DNA of 64,000 nt from a virus. Lineage: Duplodnaviria > Caudoviricetes. Both the position numbers and the translations under genes were made by a program. Positions within the stretch are counted from its first letter, which is position 1; every line of letters begins with the position of its first letter. Positions 9,830 to 19,266 of the stretch are shown here, piece after piece. Location: positions 1 through 64,000 of the IMG/VR virus record IMGVR_UViG_3300020577_007420; one strand, given 5' to 3'. The notes under the pieces are model-generated. The model saw only the letters and a program-made list of their open reading frames with translations, was not told the origin of the DNA and searched no databases.

Positions 9830-10856
9830 TTCAGACCATAGGTCTATACTTAACTGTTGTCCACGTTTTGGAAAGATTAGGGTTGCTATTGGTATAATAA
9901 AGGAGCTAAATGCTGAGAAAGTTCTTCTCCTAATGCCCAGAAATGATATTTGGGCAGGTTGGGATAATGAATTTAATATTACTAATATAAGACCTTCTAT
10001 TATTCAGAAAAGTACCTTTGCATCAATAGGAAAGATAAAGAAAGACGAATGGGACTTGGTTATAATTGATGAGCCTCATGAGTTGAGTATTAATCAGCAG
10101 GAGAAATTGGCACCTATTATTGAGAACCAGAAGGTTTTAGGACTTACTGGTACAATGACCCAGAAGACAAGGAATGAGCTGTATGATAATTTAACATTAG
10201 ATGTCTGTTATAAGTATACTATAAATCAAGGAGTTGATGAGGGTATACTTACTGACTATGATATGTATATACATCAAGTACGGCTTGATAATAAGAAACC
10301 TCTGTATAGGACCTCAAAAGGTAGAAGCTATACGGAGAAAGGTTACTTTGATTTGTATACATACATAAGAAAGGATGCTAAGATGAAGCATTTTATAGAC
10401 ATGATATTGATAAATATCATACAGAATTCCTACTCTAAGATGATGAAAACCAAGGAATTACTTGGAAAATTCTCAAGAGAAAGGGTTCTTGTATTCTGTG
10501 GAGTTACTAAGGTAGCTGATAATTTAGGAATACCTGTATATCACTCTAAGAAGAAGGAGGAGGAGATATTCTCCTCATTCTGTGGAGGGGTAAAGTACAA
10601 TCAGTTAGCAACTATTAAGATGATGCAAGCTGGTATAACGGTTCTTCCTATAAATAAGGGTATCATTAATTATATGTCTGGCAACCCTGAGGATAGTGCT
10701 CAGAAGATATGTAGGTTCCTTGGATTTGAGTACGATAACCCTGAGAAGAAGGCAGAAATTCACATTATCTCTACTGATGAAGTGTTTGAAACTGACCGTC
10801 TTAAGACAGGTTTATTGTTCTTTGATGATAGGAAAATTCACCACATAACTCCTTGA
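9777..10856 (+). CDS. Superfamily 2 (DExH-type) helicase
   Basis: CPRFGKIR Walker A variant, IIDEPH, GLTGT and QKICR motifs; ATG start at 9777. Confidence 0.8.
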   Translation: MNIRDLRQKEAVSSYLYDSDHRSILNCCPRFGKIRVAIGIIKELNAEKVLLLMPRNDIWAGWDNEFNITNIRPSIIQKSTFASIGKIKKDEWDLVIIDEPHELSINQQEKLAPIIENQKVLGLTGTMTQKTRNELYDNLTLDVCYKYTINQGVDEGILTDYDMYIHQVRLDNKKPLYRTSKGRSYTEKGYFDLYTYIRKDAKMKHFIDMILINIIQNSYSKMMKTKELLGKFSRERVLVFCGVTKVADNLGIPVYHSKKKEEEIFSSFCGGVKYNQLATIKMMQAGITVLPINKGIINYMSGNPEDSAQKICRFLGFEYDNPEKKAEIHIISTDEVFETDRLKTGLLFFDDRKIHHITP

Positions 10857-11029
10857 TAATCAATTAAAAATTCTGCAAAAAATGCCAAAGAAAAGAAGGA
10901 AAAAACAGAAAAAAGTTGTAAATTTGTCTTCCAGTTATCCTAGCTTTTGTGGCTTCAGGTTGATTGAGAAAAATCGAAACCAGCTATGGAGATGGGATAC
11001 CTTAGAAGACGTAAAACTTTAAACTACAT

Positions 11030-11833
11030 ATGGCAAAAGCAATGACATTAACAGAAAAAAGCAGTGAATTTGATTTACCAAAAGAATTAAGTAATCCCAC
11101 AGTAAACATGGAGAGTTGTATTCTCTTTGGGTTACCTAAATGTGGGAAAACAACCCTTCTATCTAAGCTACCTAACTGTCTTATTATTGACACTGAAAAT
11201 GGAACCAATAAGATTAAAGCATTAGTTAAGAAGGTTCCAGATGACAGAGGTCCTGTAGGCAGAATGAAGTGGCTTGAGGAATTTGCAGATTATCTTATTG
11301 CCCAAGGTCGTCCATACGACTACATAGCAATTGATACCTTTAGTGAGGTAAATGAGTGGGCAGAGTGGAGTGGTACATATAGATATATGAATACTACTCA
11401 AGGTCAAAAATTCAACAGAGATGATGCAGGAAATCCTCTATCTCCTAAATCAGAAGACTATCAATCTGTTCATACCTTAGGTCAAGGATTTGGCTATAGA
11501 TGGTCAAGAGAGGATACTTTACGTGTATTTGAGAAGTTTAAGAGAGCAGCTAAGAAATGTGTATTCTATGTTTGTCACGTAGAAGATAAGTATCTGGCAA
11601 CCAAAGAAAATACAGAAGTTGTAGCTCCTAAACAGCTTTCACTTACAGGTAAGGTGAGAGATATCCTACCAAGAAAAGTAGATGGTATTGGATATGTTTA
11701 TAATGATGAAGGTGTTATTAAAATCAACTTTACCGGAAATGAGGAAAGAGTTGGTGGAAACAGATGTCCTCATCTTCAAGGCTATAATGATGTAGCTGAT
11801 TTGTCAAAAATCTTTATTGAAGAAAAAAACTAA
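11030..11833 (+). CDS. AAA_24/Sak4-like P-loop ATPase
   Basis: GLPKCGKTT Walker A; IIDTE and IAIDT motifs. Confidence 0.75.
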   Translation: MAKAMTLTEKSSEFDLPKELSNPTVNMESCILFGLPKCGKTTLLSKLPNCLIIDTENGTNKIKALVKKVPDDRGPVGRMKWLEEFADYLIAQGRPYDYIAIDTFSEVNEWAEWSGTYRYMNTTQGQKFNRDDAGNPLSPKSEDYQSVHTLGQGFGYRWSREDTLRVFEKFKRAAKKCVFYVCHVEDKYLATKENTEVVAPKQLSLTGKVRDILPRKVDGIGYVYNDEGVIKINFTGNEERVGGNRCPHLQGYNDVADLSKIFIEEKN

Positions 11834-11836
11834 GAG

Positions 11837-12118
11837 ATGGCAAAAGCTGTAAAAAAGACTGCTAAGAAAGCAGCAGCTATTAACAAGGCTCAAAGCTGGG
11901 GAGTATCAAGAGGTAATACTATGACATTCTCTGATGATAGTAGAGGCGTTAAGATGAGCATGAAGAAATCTACGCTCACAAGAACAGCCTACTATGCTGC
12001 AGCTACTGGCACAAGTGGGTTTAGTGGAGCAAGTGGACAAACACTTGATAACCTTCTTTCCAGTGTTAAGGATGACGAAGATGAAAAACTCAACAATGTA
12101 ACTAATAAAACAAAGTAA
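11837..12118 (+). CDS. Hypothetical protein
   Basis: ORF track; tightly packed in operon. Confidence 0.55.
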   Translation: MAKAVKKTAKKAAAINKAQSWGVSRGNTMTFSDDSRGVKMSMKKSTLTRTAYYAAATGTSGFSGASGQTLDNLLSSVKDDEDEKLNNVTNKTK

Positions 12119-12119
12119 T

Positions 12120-12680
12120 ATGGCAGACTATTCAAAATTGAAACCCGGCTGTAAGCTGAGTGAGACACAGTACTACGTAGTAGATAAAGTAGGTAATGGA
12201 CAAGTTTTCCTTAAAAATGATTTTGGGGAAGATATTGTTGTTGACAGCACTTATGCTGAAAAGTGTCTTGTATCTGCAGACCAGTACAAGGATGAGAAAA
12301 CAATGAGCAGAACAGATATTACCAATCTGTTTCTGTCCTCTACAAATGTTGCACTGACTGTTAACTATAACAAGCAGGTAAAAGAAGATGAGGTAAAGAA
12401 GCAATTGTATGCTCTTTATCCTAACAAAGGTGGTAAAATCCTCAGTGAGGCAGAATTTAAGAAGAAAATTGCTTCTGCCGTAAGTGATGCCTTGGTTGGA
12501 GAAGAAAGAACTATGGTTGGAAGACACTATGGTAGTCAGGACGAATTTGGAAGGATTCGTTTCATTGACATGGAAGAGAAGAAAGATGACACAAAGGATT
12601 ATGATACACGTCAACGATTGGTAGACCCTCGTACTATCCGTTGGCTCATTTTGAGAGGAGTTAAGTACAAGGTAAAGTAA
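12120..12680 (+). CDS. Hypothetical protein
   Basis: ORF track; tightly packed in operon. Confidence 0.7.
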   Translation: MADYSKLKPGCKLSETQYYVVDKVGNGQVFLKNDFGEDIVVDSTYAEKCLVSADQYKDEKTMSRTDITNLFLSSTNVALTVNYNKQVKEDEVKKQLYALYPNKGGKILSEAEFKKKIASAVSDALVGEERTMVGRHYGSQDEFGRIRFIDMEEKKDDTKDYDTRQRLVDPRTIRWLILRGVKYKVK

Positions 12681-12681
12681 A

Positions 12682-12713
12682 TTTGGTAATTTCCTACATA
12701 ATACTTATCTTTA
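12682..12713 (+). promoter_or_regulatory. Bacteroidota-type promoter
   Basis: TTTG-N20-TATCTTTA. Confidence 0.65.
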
Positions 12714-12778
12714 ATGCCCTAAGTGCCCCGTAAAAGGGGCCTCGGCCACAATGAAGTGGCAACTTAAAAACAAGTAAT

Positions 12779-13714
12779 ATGGCAGTAAAAGGTAAACAAA
12801 GAGAACAAAAAGAGTTTGCAAAAAAGTTTTATGTAGGTTTCACAACTGTAAAAGTTGTAGCAGTAAATCCCTCAAGAGAGGAAATTAACAAGCTGGTTGG
12901 TAAAGAAGATTCTCCTGATGACAAAGAAATGGTCTATCTTGGAGAAGACCAAGAAGGTAACGAAAGGCTGAGATTGGCTTTCTGGCTTAAGGATGTTAAA
13001 ACTGGGGAATTGTATCCCTATTCCTTTAACCTCACTAATAAGGAGAGGAGAAATAAGGATAACACCAAGGTTCAGATTATCAATAGCACCTGTGGTACAA
13101 CTTGGGTACCTGTAGACGAGAACGGAAAAGTAGACGAGTCTGCTATTCCTAACTGGTTTACTACATTTACTGACAGAGAAAATCAGGTTCTTGGAACTAA
13201 GAAGTGGAGAAAAGCACTTGCTGGTGAAGAGGAACTGGGAACTCTGCTGAGAAGCTGGCTTGGTAAGCTCAACTTTATGGATGCTGACACAGAAGTACTC
13301 GTTGATACGAAGAAACTGTTTAAGGAAAACTATAAAGAACTGAGAGAATTAATCACCCTTGACGAGAAGGATGAATTTACAGGAGAAGGATATGATACTC
13401 CATTTGTTGCATTGCTTGGTGTGAGAACAGATGAAACTGACTCTACTAAGAAGTATCAGCAAGTATGGGGTAAAGGATTCCTCTCTGAGAGCTTTATGAA
13501 GTATATTAACAACGGTGGCGAGAACGGTCCTAAGTTCAGCTCCGAATATACTAAGAAAGTTTGGAAGAAATTCAAAGATGAGGTCACTGGTGATTATGGA
13601 TTTGATGGCTACACTGAGTTGGTAGCTCTTAAGGAGTATGATGAAAGTAAGGATATCTCTGGTGGTCTAAAGACTGGCAAAGAGGTTCCTGCACCGACAT
13701 CTAGTGATTACTAA
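12779..13714 (+). CDS. Putative single-stranded DNA-binding protein
   Basis: Position in replication module after the Sak4-like ATPase, own promoter and terminator, acidic tail (SSDY); family not confirmed. Confidence 0.5.
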   Translation: MAVKGKQREQKEFAKKFYVGFTTVKVVAVNPSREEINKLVGKEDSPDDKEMVYLGEDQEGNERLRLAFWLKDVKTGELYPYSFNLTNKERRNKDNTKVQIINSTCGTTWVPVDENGKVDESAIPNWFTTFTDRENQVLGTKKWRKALAGEEELGTLLRSWLGKLNFMDADTEVLVDTKKLFKENYKELRELITLDEKDEFTGEGYDTPFVALLGVRTDETDSTKKYQQVWGKGFLSESFMKYINNGGENGPKFSSEYTKKVWKKFKDEVTGDYGFDGYTELVALKEYDESKDISGGLKTGKEVPAPTSSDY

Positions 13715-13735
13715 ATTGTTATCTTGACTGAACAG

Positions 13736-13767
13736 AAGGAGGGCACAGAAATGTGTCCTCCTTTTTT
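13736..13767 (+). terminator. Intrinsic terminator
   Basis: AAGGAGGGCAC-loop-GTGTCCTCCTT followed by a T run. Confidence 0.8.
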
Positions 13768-13800
13768 GTTTTAAATTATTTAACCTACAAATTAATTGTT

Positions 13801-14199
13801 ATGTGTTTTGATGTAACAAATCCAAAAAGAAAGAAAGCAAGATATGATATAATCTGCTTTAAGCTTGTAGATGATGACTCTACTATTCCGGTAGCTAAAT
13901 CCCCAATTCAAGGTTTTAAATGGACTGCAGGTGAAGAATATGAATGTGAATTAGATATGTCCACGTATAATGAAATACATCAAGGTTTTCATGCATGTAA
14001 AACAATAAGGGGATGTAGAAATCTCCAAAGACAATGGGGTGACGGAGATGATTTGAGTTATAACATTGGTATATTTGTAATCCCTAAGGGTGCAGAATAC
14101 TACGAGAACGATACACAATATGTATCTAATAGGATGAAGATGCTCATCGGTGATTACAGATATGCTAAACAAATAATCAAGGCGTTAACTACAAAATAA
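13801..14199 (+). CDS. Hypothetical protein (paralog of downstream gene)
   Basis: MCF start, DIICFK, SP, GFH and IPKG..Y pattern shared with 14207..14605. Confidence 0.65.
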   Translation: MCFDVTNPKRKKARYDIICFKLVDDDSTIPVAKSPIQGFKWTAGEEYECELDMSTYNEIHQGFHACKTIRGCRNLQRQWGDGDDLSYNIGIFVIPKGAEYYENDTQYVSNRMKMLIGDYRYAKQIIKALTTK

Positions 14200-14206
14200 A
14201 AATACT

Positions 14207-14605
14207 ATGTGTTTTACAAGAAAACCTTATGACAAAGTTCGTGCAAATATTGCAAAAGAAGATATATTTGCATATAAGTGGTTAAGTAGAAGTAATTCAA
14301 ATAAACCACCTCATTCTCCAGTCTATTTTCAACACTGGGTTGAGGGTAAGGTATATTCAGAGAAAGACTTCCAAAAGGAGTTAAAAGAAAATGAGAGAAC
14401 TATAGAAGCTGGATTTCATAGCCTTAGAGACATAAATGGAGCAGTAGAATATAAAGACAGTAATATTCATCACATTGATGTTAATATACATCTTTATAAA
14501 GTCTGTATTCCAAAAGGTTCATATTATTATATGAACGGTTCTCAAATTGTATCTAATAAGTGTTATTTAGTTAGTAGTAAGGCAGTTAGGATAAGAAAGA
14601 AATAA
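14207..14605 (+). CDS. Hypothetical protein (paralog of upstream gene)
   Basis: MCF start, DIFAYK, SP, GFH and IPKG..Y pattern. Confidence 0.65.
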   Translation: MCFTRKPYDKVRANIAKEDIFAYKWLSRSNSNKPPHSPVYFQHWVEGKVYSEKDFQKELKENERTIEAGFHSLRDINGAVEYKDSNIHHIDVNIHLYKVCIPKGSYYYMNGSQIVSNKCYLVSSKAVRIRKK

Positions 14606-14616
14606 AATATTATCAT

Positions 14617-15651
14617 ATGATTAAGGGAAAGGTTAAACAAACTCTGACAAAGGAAGCAATTCTGGAGAGGATATCTACATATGATATCTATCGCTTTTAT
14701 CAGGGTCCGTTTATTATAAATAGACCTTGTGTAAATAGACACCGTGGAGAGAAAGACCCCTCCCTTATCATTGGTAATAAGGTCAGCAATGATTTGACAC
14801 ACAAGGACTTTGGAGACTATAGTTGGAGGGGAGATGCATTTGCATTTGTTAAGAAGATACACAATTGTGATTTTCAGACAGCTCTTCGAATTATAGACAG
14901 AGACTTTGGATTGGGTCTATGTTCTGGTGTAAAAACAAATAAGAAGCCTGAGGTTATTGTTTGGAAGGAGCCAAATATAGAGATTAAGAGACCTCCTCTT
15001 ATTCAGGTCGTATACTACTCAAAAATGTCCAAAAGAGCACTAGATTACTGGGCTAAATTTGGGCAGGGAGAAGATGACTTGAAGATGGAGAAAATCTACC
15101 AACCAAAGGAGATATGGAGAAATAGGAAGAGGATTCCTATGGGTGATTTACTCACCTTTGCTTATCATTATGAGGATATAGATAAATGGAAGATATATCG
15201 TCCATTTGCTCCTAAAAAGACAGAGACTACTTCTATAAACCAATGGAAATGGGATAGCAATGTTCCATTTGATTATGTAGATAACTTACAGGGAATTCAT
15301 CCCTCTTGTGATAGGGTATATATGACCAAATCCAAGAAGGATAGAATGGTTCTGATGACTGCCTTACAGACTAACTGCATAGCAGACGTTCAGGCAGAGG
15401 ACCCTGCATGTATATCTTCGGAGGTTTTAGATTTGTATGTTGCTGTTGAGAATAGGTATATTATATCTGATAATGATAAAAAGGGCAAAGAATTTAGCTG
15501 GTGGTTAACAAAACACCATGGCTTTAAGCATGTAAATGTCCCTGATAAGTATCTATCTGAGGAACCTAAGTGTACAGATTTTGCTGACCTCTGTTATCAT
15601 CATGGGATAGAGGCAGTTATTAATCACTTTAAAAGAAAGAAGTTAATATGA
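14617..15651 (+). CDS. dnaG: DNA primase (DnaG/TOPRIM type)
   Basis: N-terminal C..HR.EKDPS and DFG zinc-binding-like region; KSKKD and ISDNDKKG TOPRIM-like motifs. Confidence 0.8.
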   Translation: MIKGKVKQTLTKEAILERISTYDIYRFYQGPFIINRPCVNRHRGEKDPSLIIGNKVSNDLTHKDFGDYSWRGDAFAFVKKIHNCDFQTALRIIDRDFGLGLCSGVKTNKKPEVIVWKEPNIEIKRPPLIQVVYYSKMSKRALDYWAKFGQGEDDLKMEKIYQPKEIWRNRKRIPMGDLLTFAYHYEDIDKWKIYRPFAPKKTETTSINQWKWDSNVPFDYVDNLQGIHPSCDRVYMTKSKKDRMVLMTALQTNCIADVQAEDPACISSEVLDLYVAVENRYIISDNDKKGKEFSWWLTKHHGFKHVNVPDKYLSEEPKCTDFADLCYHHGIEAVINHFKRKKLI

Positions 15652-15950
15652 TTGACCCTAAACATTTGCAATACGCACAGGATGCAATAAACAGAGTTGC
15701 AAAAAGTTCCGAAAAGCTTTATATGGCATTTTATAACGGAAGACTTTTAGATGTGGGAAAAATAGGATACATCAGAAGAGGGGACCTTATATTATCCTTA
15801 TCTAAGACTTTTATGTCTAATGTATATACTGACTTAAGTAGAGCTACTGCTGGCTACAAACCAGAAAACTGGAGAATTGCACAGGGAAAGTGCAAAGAAG
15901 TAATCGAAGAGATGATAAAAGATAATATTATAGAAATCAAACACATATGA
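15648..15950 (+). CDS. Hypothetical protein
   Basis: ORF track; overlapping start/stop. Confidence 0.6.
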   Translation: MIDPKHLQYAQDAINRVAKSSEKLYMAFYNGRLLDVGKIGYIRRGDLILSLSKTFMSNVYTDLSRATAGYKPENWRIAQGKCKEVIEEMIKDNIIEIKHI

Positions 15951-16645
15951 ATTATCAGATAGTAAAAGACGAGAAGTTGCTTAAGGATTTTATAGATTGG
16001 TTGCCAGAATTAGCTCCTCAGGAACGCTACTACCTGTGCTTATTTGCACGGAATAAATACTGCAAGGAGTTAACTCACATTAAGAGTGATAAGGCTCAGT
16101 TAAAGAGGTTTGTTACGGATAAGGAGCGTATGTTCCAGAAAATCAAGCAGTTAGAGATAGAAGTGGGTGGGTATAAACAAAAGCACATGGACGTTCCTGA
16201 GGAGGCATTAGCTCTCTATATTACTCCTAACCCAAGAGATATGTTCAAGGCTACAGTAAATACTATGGTCAAATTGGCCCAAAGTATACGTGACCAAAAT
16301 ATATCCATGAATCCTCATCAGGAGGCCATGTCTGAGATACAGAAAGCCAAGAGTCGTAATTGCTGGATAGATTTTGATATTGATACAAAAGGTGTATCCC
16401 CTGACTATTCTCATTACTTAAAGGAAAGTGTATATAATATAGTTGGTAAGGACACCGAGGTAAAATTTCTTGAAACTAGAGGAGGATATCATGTTCTAGT
16501 TAATCCAGAAACTGTACCTTTAGAGTTTAAGAGAACATTCTATGTATCAATGATGGAGGTGCCACATTGTGACCAAGCTGGTGAGAATATGATACCTGTT
16601 CCCGGCTGTACCCAAGGGATGTTTGTGCCACACTTTATAAACTAA
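15947..16645 (+). CDS. Hypothetical protein, possible AEP (primase-polymerase) superfamily
   Basis: WIDFDID and ETRGGYHV resemble AEP motifs I and II. Confidence 0.45.
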   Translation: MNYQIVKDEKLLKDFIDWLPELAPQERYYLCLFARNKYCKELTHIKSDKAQLKRFVTDKERMFQKIKQLEIEVGGYKQKHMDVPEEALALYITPNPRDMFKATVNTMVKLAQSIRDQNISMNPHQEAMSEIQKAKSRNCWIDFDIDTKGVSPDYSHYLKESVYNIVGKDTEVKFLETRGGYHVLVNPETVPLEFKRTFYVSMMEVPHCDQAGENMIPVPGCTQGMFVPHFIN

Positions 16646-16650
16646 TAACT

Positions 16651-16896
16651 ATGACATTAGATAAAAAGATTGAAGAAGTTGCTACTCTCTTAGGTTTTGA
16701 GGTAGAGAGTCAGAACTGGTCAGACAAAAGTAAAGGCTGGATGCGATTAAGGCACATGAAGGCTACACAGGAAAGAGAATGGGCACTAATCATCTATAAG
16801 GAAGATGGTTGGGACGGAGCCGTAGGAAAGATGGGAGAAATGCTATTAAAAGTAGGACAACTAATTAAAATTCAACACATAAACTCAATTTTATGA
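16651..16896 (+). CDS. Hypothetical protein
   Basis: ORF track. Confidence 0.55.
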   Translation: MTLDKKIEEVATLLGFEVESQNWSDKSKGWMRLRHMKATQEREWALIIYKEDGWDGAVGKMGEMLLKVGQLIKIQHINSIL

Positions 16897-17050
16897 CGAC
16901 TTGGAACACTAATCCTTTTCTGAAAAAGAAAACCAAGATTGCTACAGAAGCAAAACTCAACTCTCAAGTAAAGGGAGAAAATCCCAATAAACAAGAGTAT
17001 AAGAAATCTCTTCTTGAGATGTCTTTATCACAACTTAAAAAATATTTCAA

Positions 17051-17509
17051 ATGCGTGTAACACCTGAAAATATGACAAAGGAAGATATAGATAATAAGAG
17101 TATCTTTGTCTTCGGAAGTAATGAGGGAGGTGTACATGGTGCAGGAGCTGCACGTTTTGCTATGTCTCTCGGTGCAAGTATGGGGCAAGGCTTTGGGCAA
17201 AGTGGTAATACATTTGCAATACCTACTAAAGATTGGACTATACAGCAGCTTGATTTACAGACAATTAAATTCTATGTTGATAGATTTATTGTCTATGCAA
17301 AGGAGATGTGGAATAGATATCCTCCCTTATTTAAGGATGTTAAGTTCTATGTCACAAAGATTGGATGCGGTTTGGCTGGATATACGCCAGAAGATATTGC
17401 TCCTCTCTTTACTGAGTGTATAGACATGGAGAATGTATATCTTCCTCAGGAATTTATTGATATTATTAACTCTGAAAAAGAAGTGACTGTGAGTCACGCA
17501 AACATATGA
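17051..17509 (+). CDS. Macrodomain-like phage protein (A1S_2505-like)
   Basis: IFVFGSNEGGVHGAGAA and TKIGCGLAG resemble macrodomain phosphate-binding loops. Confidence 0.65.
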   Translation: MRVTPENMTKEDIDNKSIFVFGSNEGGVHGAGAARFAMSLGASMGQGFGQSGNTFAIPTKDWTIQQLDLQTIKFYVDRFIVYAKEMWNRYPPLFKDVKFYVTKIGCGLAGYTPEDIAPLFTECIDMENVYLPQEFIDIINSEKEVTVSHANI

Positions 17510-18249
17510 CAGAAAAGCTTGATTTTAATAGCTTTGCTGGGAAGTTCGGAGAATGGGCTGATAAATTCAGACCCTTTATAGAGGGGAAGGAGATGTGGGA
17601 CATTATGCAGAAGATAAAGGCAGACAGTGCAAAGGAAACAATTGTTCCTGCAAGCAAGGATACCTTTAGAGCTTTTGCTACCACATCTCCCTCCAATCTG
17701 AAGGTTGTATTTTACTTACTTGACCCATATCCTCGCAAATATTCTAATGGTAATTTTCAAGCAGACGGTATAGCAATGAGTTGCTCAAATACTCCAGATA
17801 ATAAGTTGCAACCTTCTCTTACTCAGTGGTATGATGCCATAAGTAGGAGTGAGGGAAGAAAAGTAAATTATAGTCCATCTTTAGAGTACCTTCACCAGCA
17901 AGGAGTTATGCTGTTAAATACAGATTTAACATGCAAACTAAATAAGACACAATCTCATGAAGGATTATGGGAACCATTCCAGAAGTACTTTCTGGAGGAG
18001 GTTGTTGGCAGTGATACAGGAATAGTTTATGTATTATGTGGAAAGGCTTCTCTAAAGATGGAGAGGTATATTAATCCTTTCTGCAAAATATATAAGTTAG
18101 CACATCCTGCAGCAGCTGCACATACCAATACGGATTGGGACGACAAAGGTATTTTTAAGACAATTAATAGAATCCTTGGAGAGAACAATGGGTATACAAT
18201 CTATTGGGACAAGGATAAATGGGACGAAATAAATGAGCCACCTTTTTAA
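17506..18249 (+). CDS. ung: Uracil-DNA glycosylase, family 1-like
   Basis: KVVFYLLDPYP (cf. GQDPY), QQGVMLLN and AHPAA (cf. HPS) motifs. Confidence 0.75.
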   Translation: MTEKLDFNSFAGKFGEWADKFRPFIEGKEMWDIMQKIKADSAKETIVPASKDTFRAFATTSPSNLKVVFYLLDPYPRKYSNGNFQADGIAMSCSNTPDNKLQPSLTQWYDAISRSEGRKVNYSPSLEYLHQQGVMLLNTDLTCKLNKTQSHEGLWEPFQKYFLEEVVGSDTGIVYVLCGKASLKMERYINPFCKIYKLAHPAAAAHTNTDWDDKGIFKTINRILGENNGYTIYWDKDKWDEINEPPF

Positions 18250-18257
18250 CTAAAACT

Positions 18258-18488
18258 ATGACAACTAAACAATTGAGAAAGAGCGCACTTAAAAGAGTAC
18301 CTTGGCACTTCTGGTTCTGTATTGGATGGTGGAAATATCTCTTAGATAGTAAAACAAAGCGTGCTAGTTACGCTACTTGGTGGCATCGGTTATGGTGCCG
18401 TGCAGCAGGTCATCCCGAAGGCCCTTGGTGGTATAGTTGGGGACCAGAACCAGATATGACATGTAAAGGTTGTGGTGATGAACTTTAA
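18258..18488 (+). CDS. Hypothetical Trp/Cys-rich protein
   Basis: ORF track. Confidence 0.55.
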   Translation: MTTKQLRKSALKRVPWHFWFCIGWWKYLLDSKTKRASYATWWHRLWCRAAGHPEGPWWYSWGPEPDMTCKGCGDEL

Positions 18489-18756
18489 TTATAATTATAT
18501 GGAAAAATTACAAAAGATTATAAGAACTATCGACTATACTTTAGAAACTGGAAATCCTGATTTCTATGAGTGTAATGAAGAAGATGTCAAAGAGTTTCTA
18601 GATATATCTGTAGACGCATATGCACTTATTCAATGGCCTGAGTCTCAGGAGTATATGGAAAAAGAATGGTTTGATGATGAAGCTATTCTTGCATTAGGTT
18701 CAGAAGATAAAACTGGAGGAAGTGCTTATTTTATACCAATTAAATATTTGATATGA
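18472..18756 (+). CDS. Hypothetical protein
   Basis: ORF track; start may be further downstream. Confidence 0.55.
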   Translation: MVMNFNYNYMEKLQKIIRTIDYTLETGNPDFYECNEEDVKEFLDISVDAYALIQWPESQEYMEKEWFDDEAILALGSEDKTGGSAYFIPIKYLI

Positions 18757-19247
18757 GATTTATACTGAAAGTAAAAGATAAAGGTCCCAATGTAAAGGGC
18801 CCTCGTTATATCCATACAGTTGAGGATGATACTGGAAAAGTTCATGCTACAAGAAAATCAATGAACAGAAAGTATGTAGCATGTTTGTTAAAGCCGTTTA
18901 AAAATGGAGAATACGTAGCAGAAATGTACTTTGGGAGACCAGATTTGGTAGGTAGAGGATGGAACAGTACATATTTTAAATGGCTAAATAAGAATAACAT
19001 TCCTCACTATGTAGTATATACTAAAGAGGTTATTGAGCAATTAGTTAGACGTGCATACGATGATATATGTATACAAGCTGCTATAAATGAGGCAGATAAG
19101 CATGCTACTGTGATTGATAAATATTGCAGTGGCTGTGATAATTATCATCCTGCCTTTAAGGATGAGGAATTTTGTCTTATATGTGGAGGTGCTCATACCA
19201 AAAGAAAGGACCCAGATTTATTAATACCTTTAGAAAATAAAGAATAA
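18753..19247 (+). CDS. Hypothetical protein with C-terminal CxxC...CxxC zinc ribbon
   Basis: CSGC and CLIC motifs. Confidence 0.6.
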   Translation: MRFILKVKDKGPNVKGPRYIHTVEDDTGKVHATRKSMNRKYVACLLKPFKNGEYVAEMYFGRPDLVGRGWNSTYFKWLNKNNIPHYVVYTKEVIEQLVRRAYDDICIQAAINEADKHATVIDKYCSGCDNYHPAFKDEEFCLICGGAHTKRKDPDLLIPLENKE

Positions 19248-19266
19248 AGTAAATTTGGTAGTTTGA

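Noticed and set aside
10857-11029. Possible structured ncRNA between the SF2 helicase and the AAA ATPase
   Set aside because: Only short, weak hairpins are visible, with no recognisable family motif and no covariation evidence available.
13801-14605. Diversity-generating retroelement template/variable repeat pair
   Set aside because: Similarity is at the protein level only; no adenine-specific mismatch pattern and no reverse transcriptase in the window.
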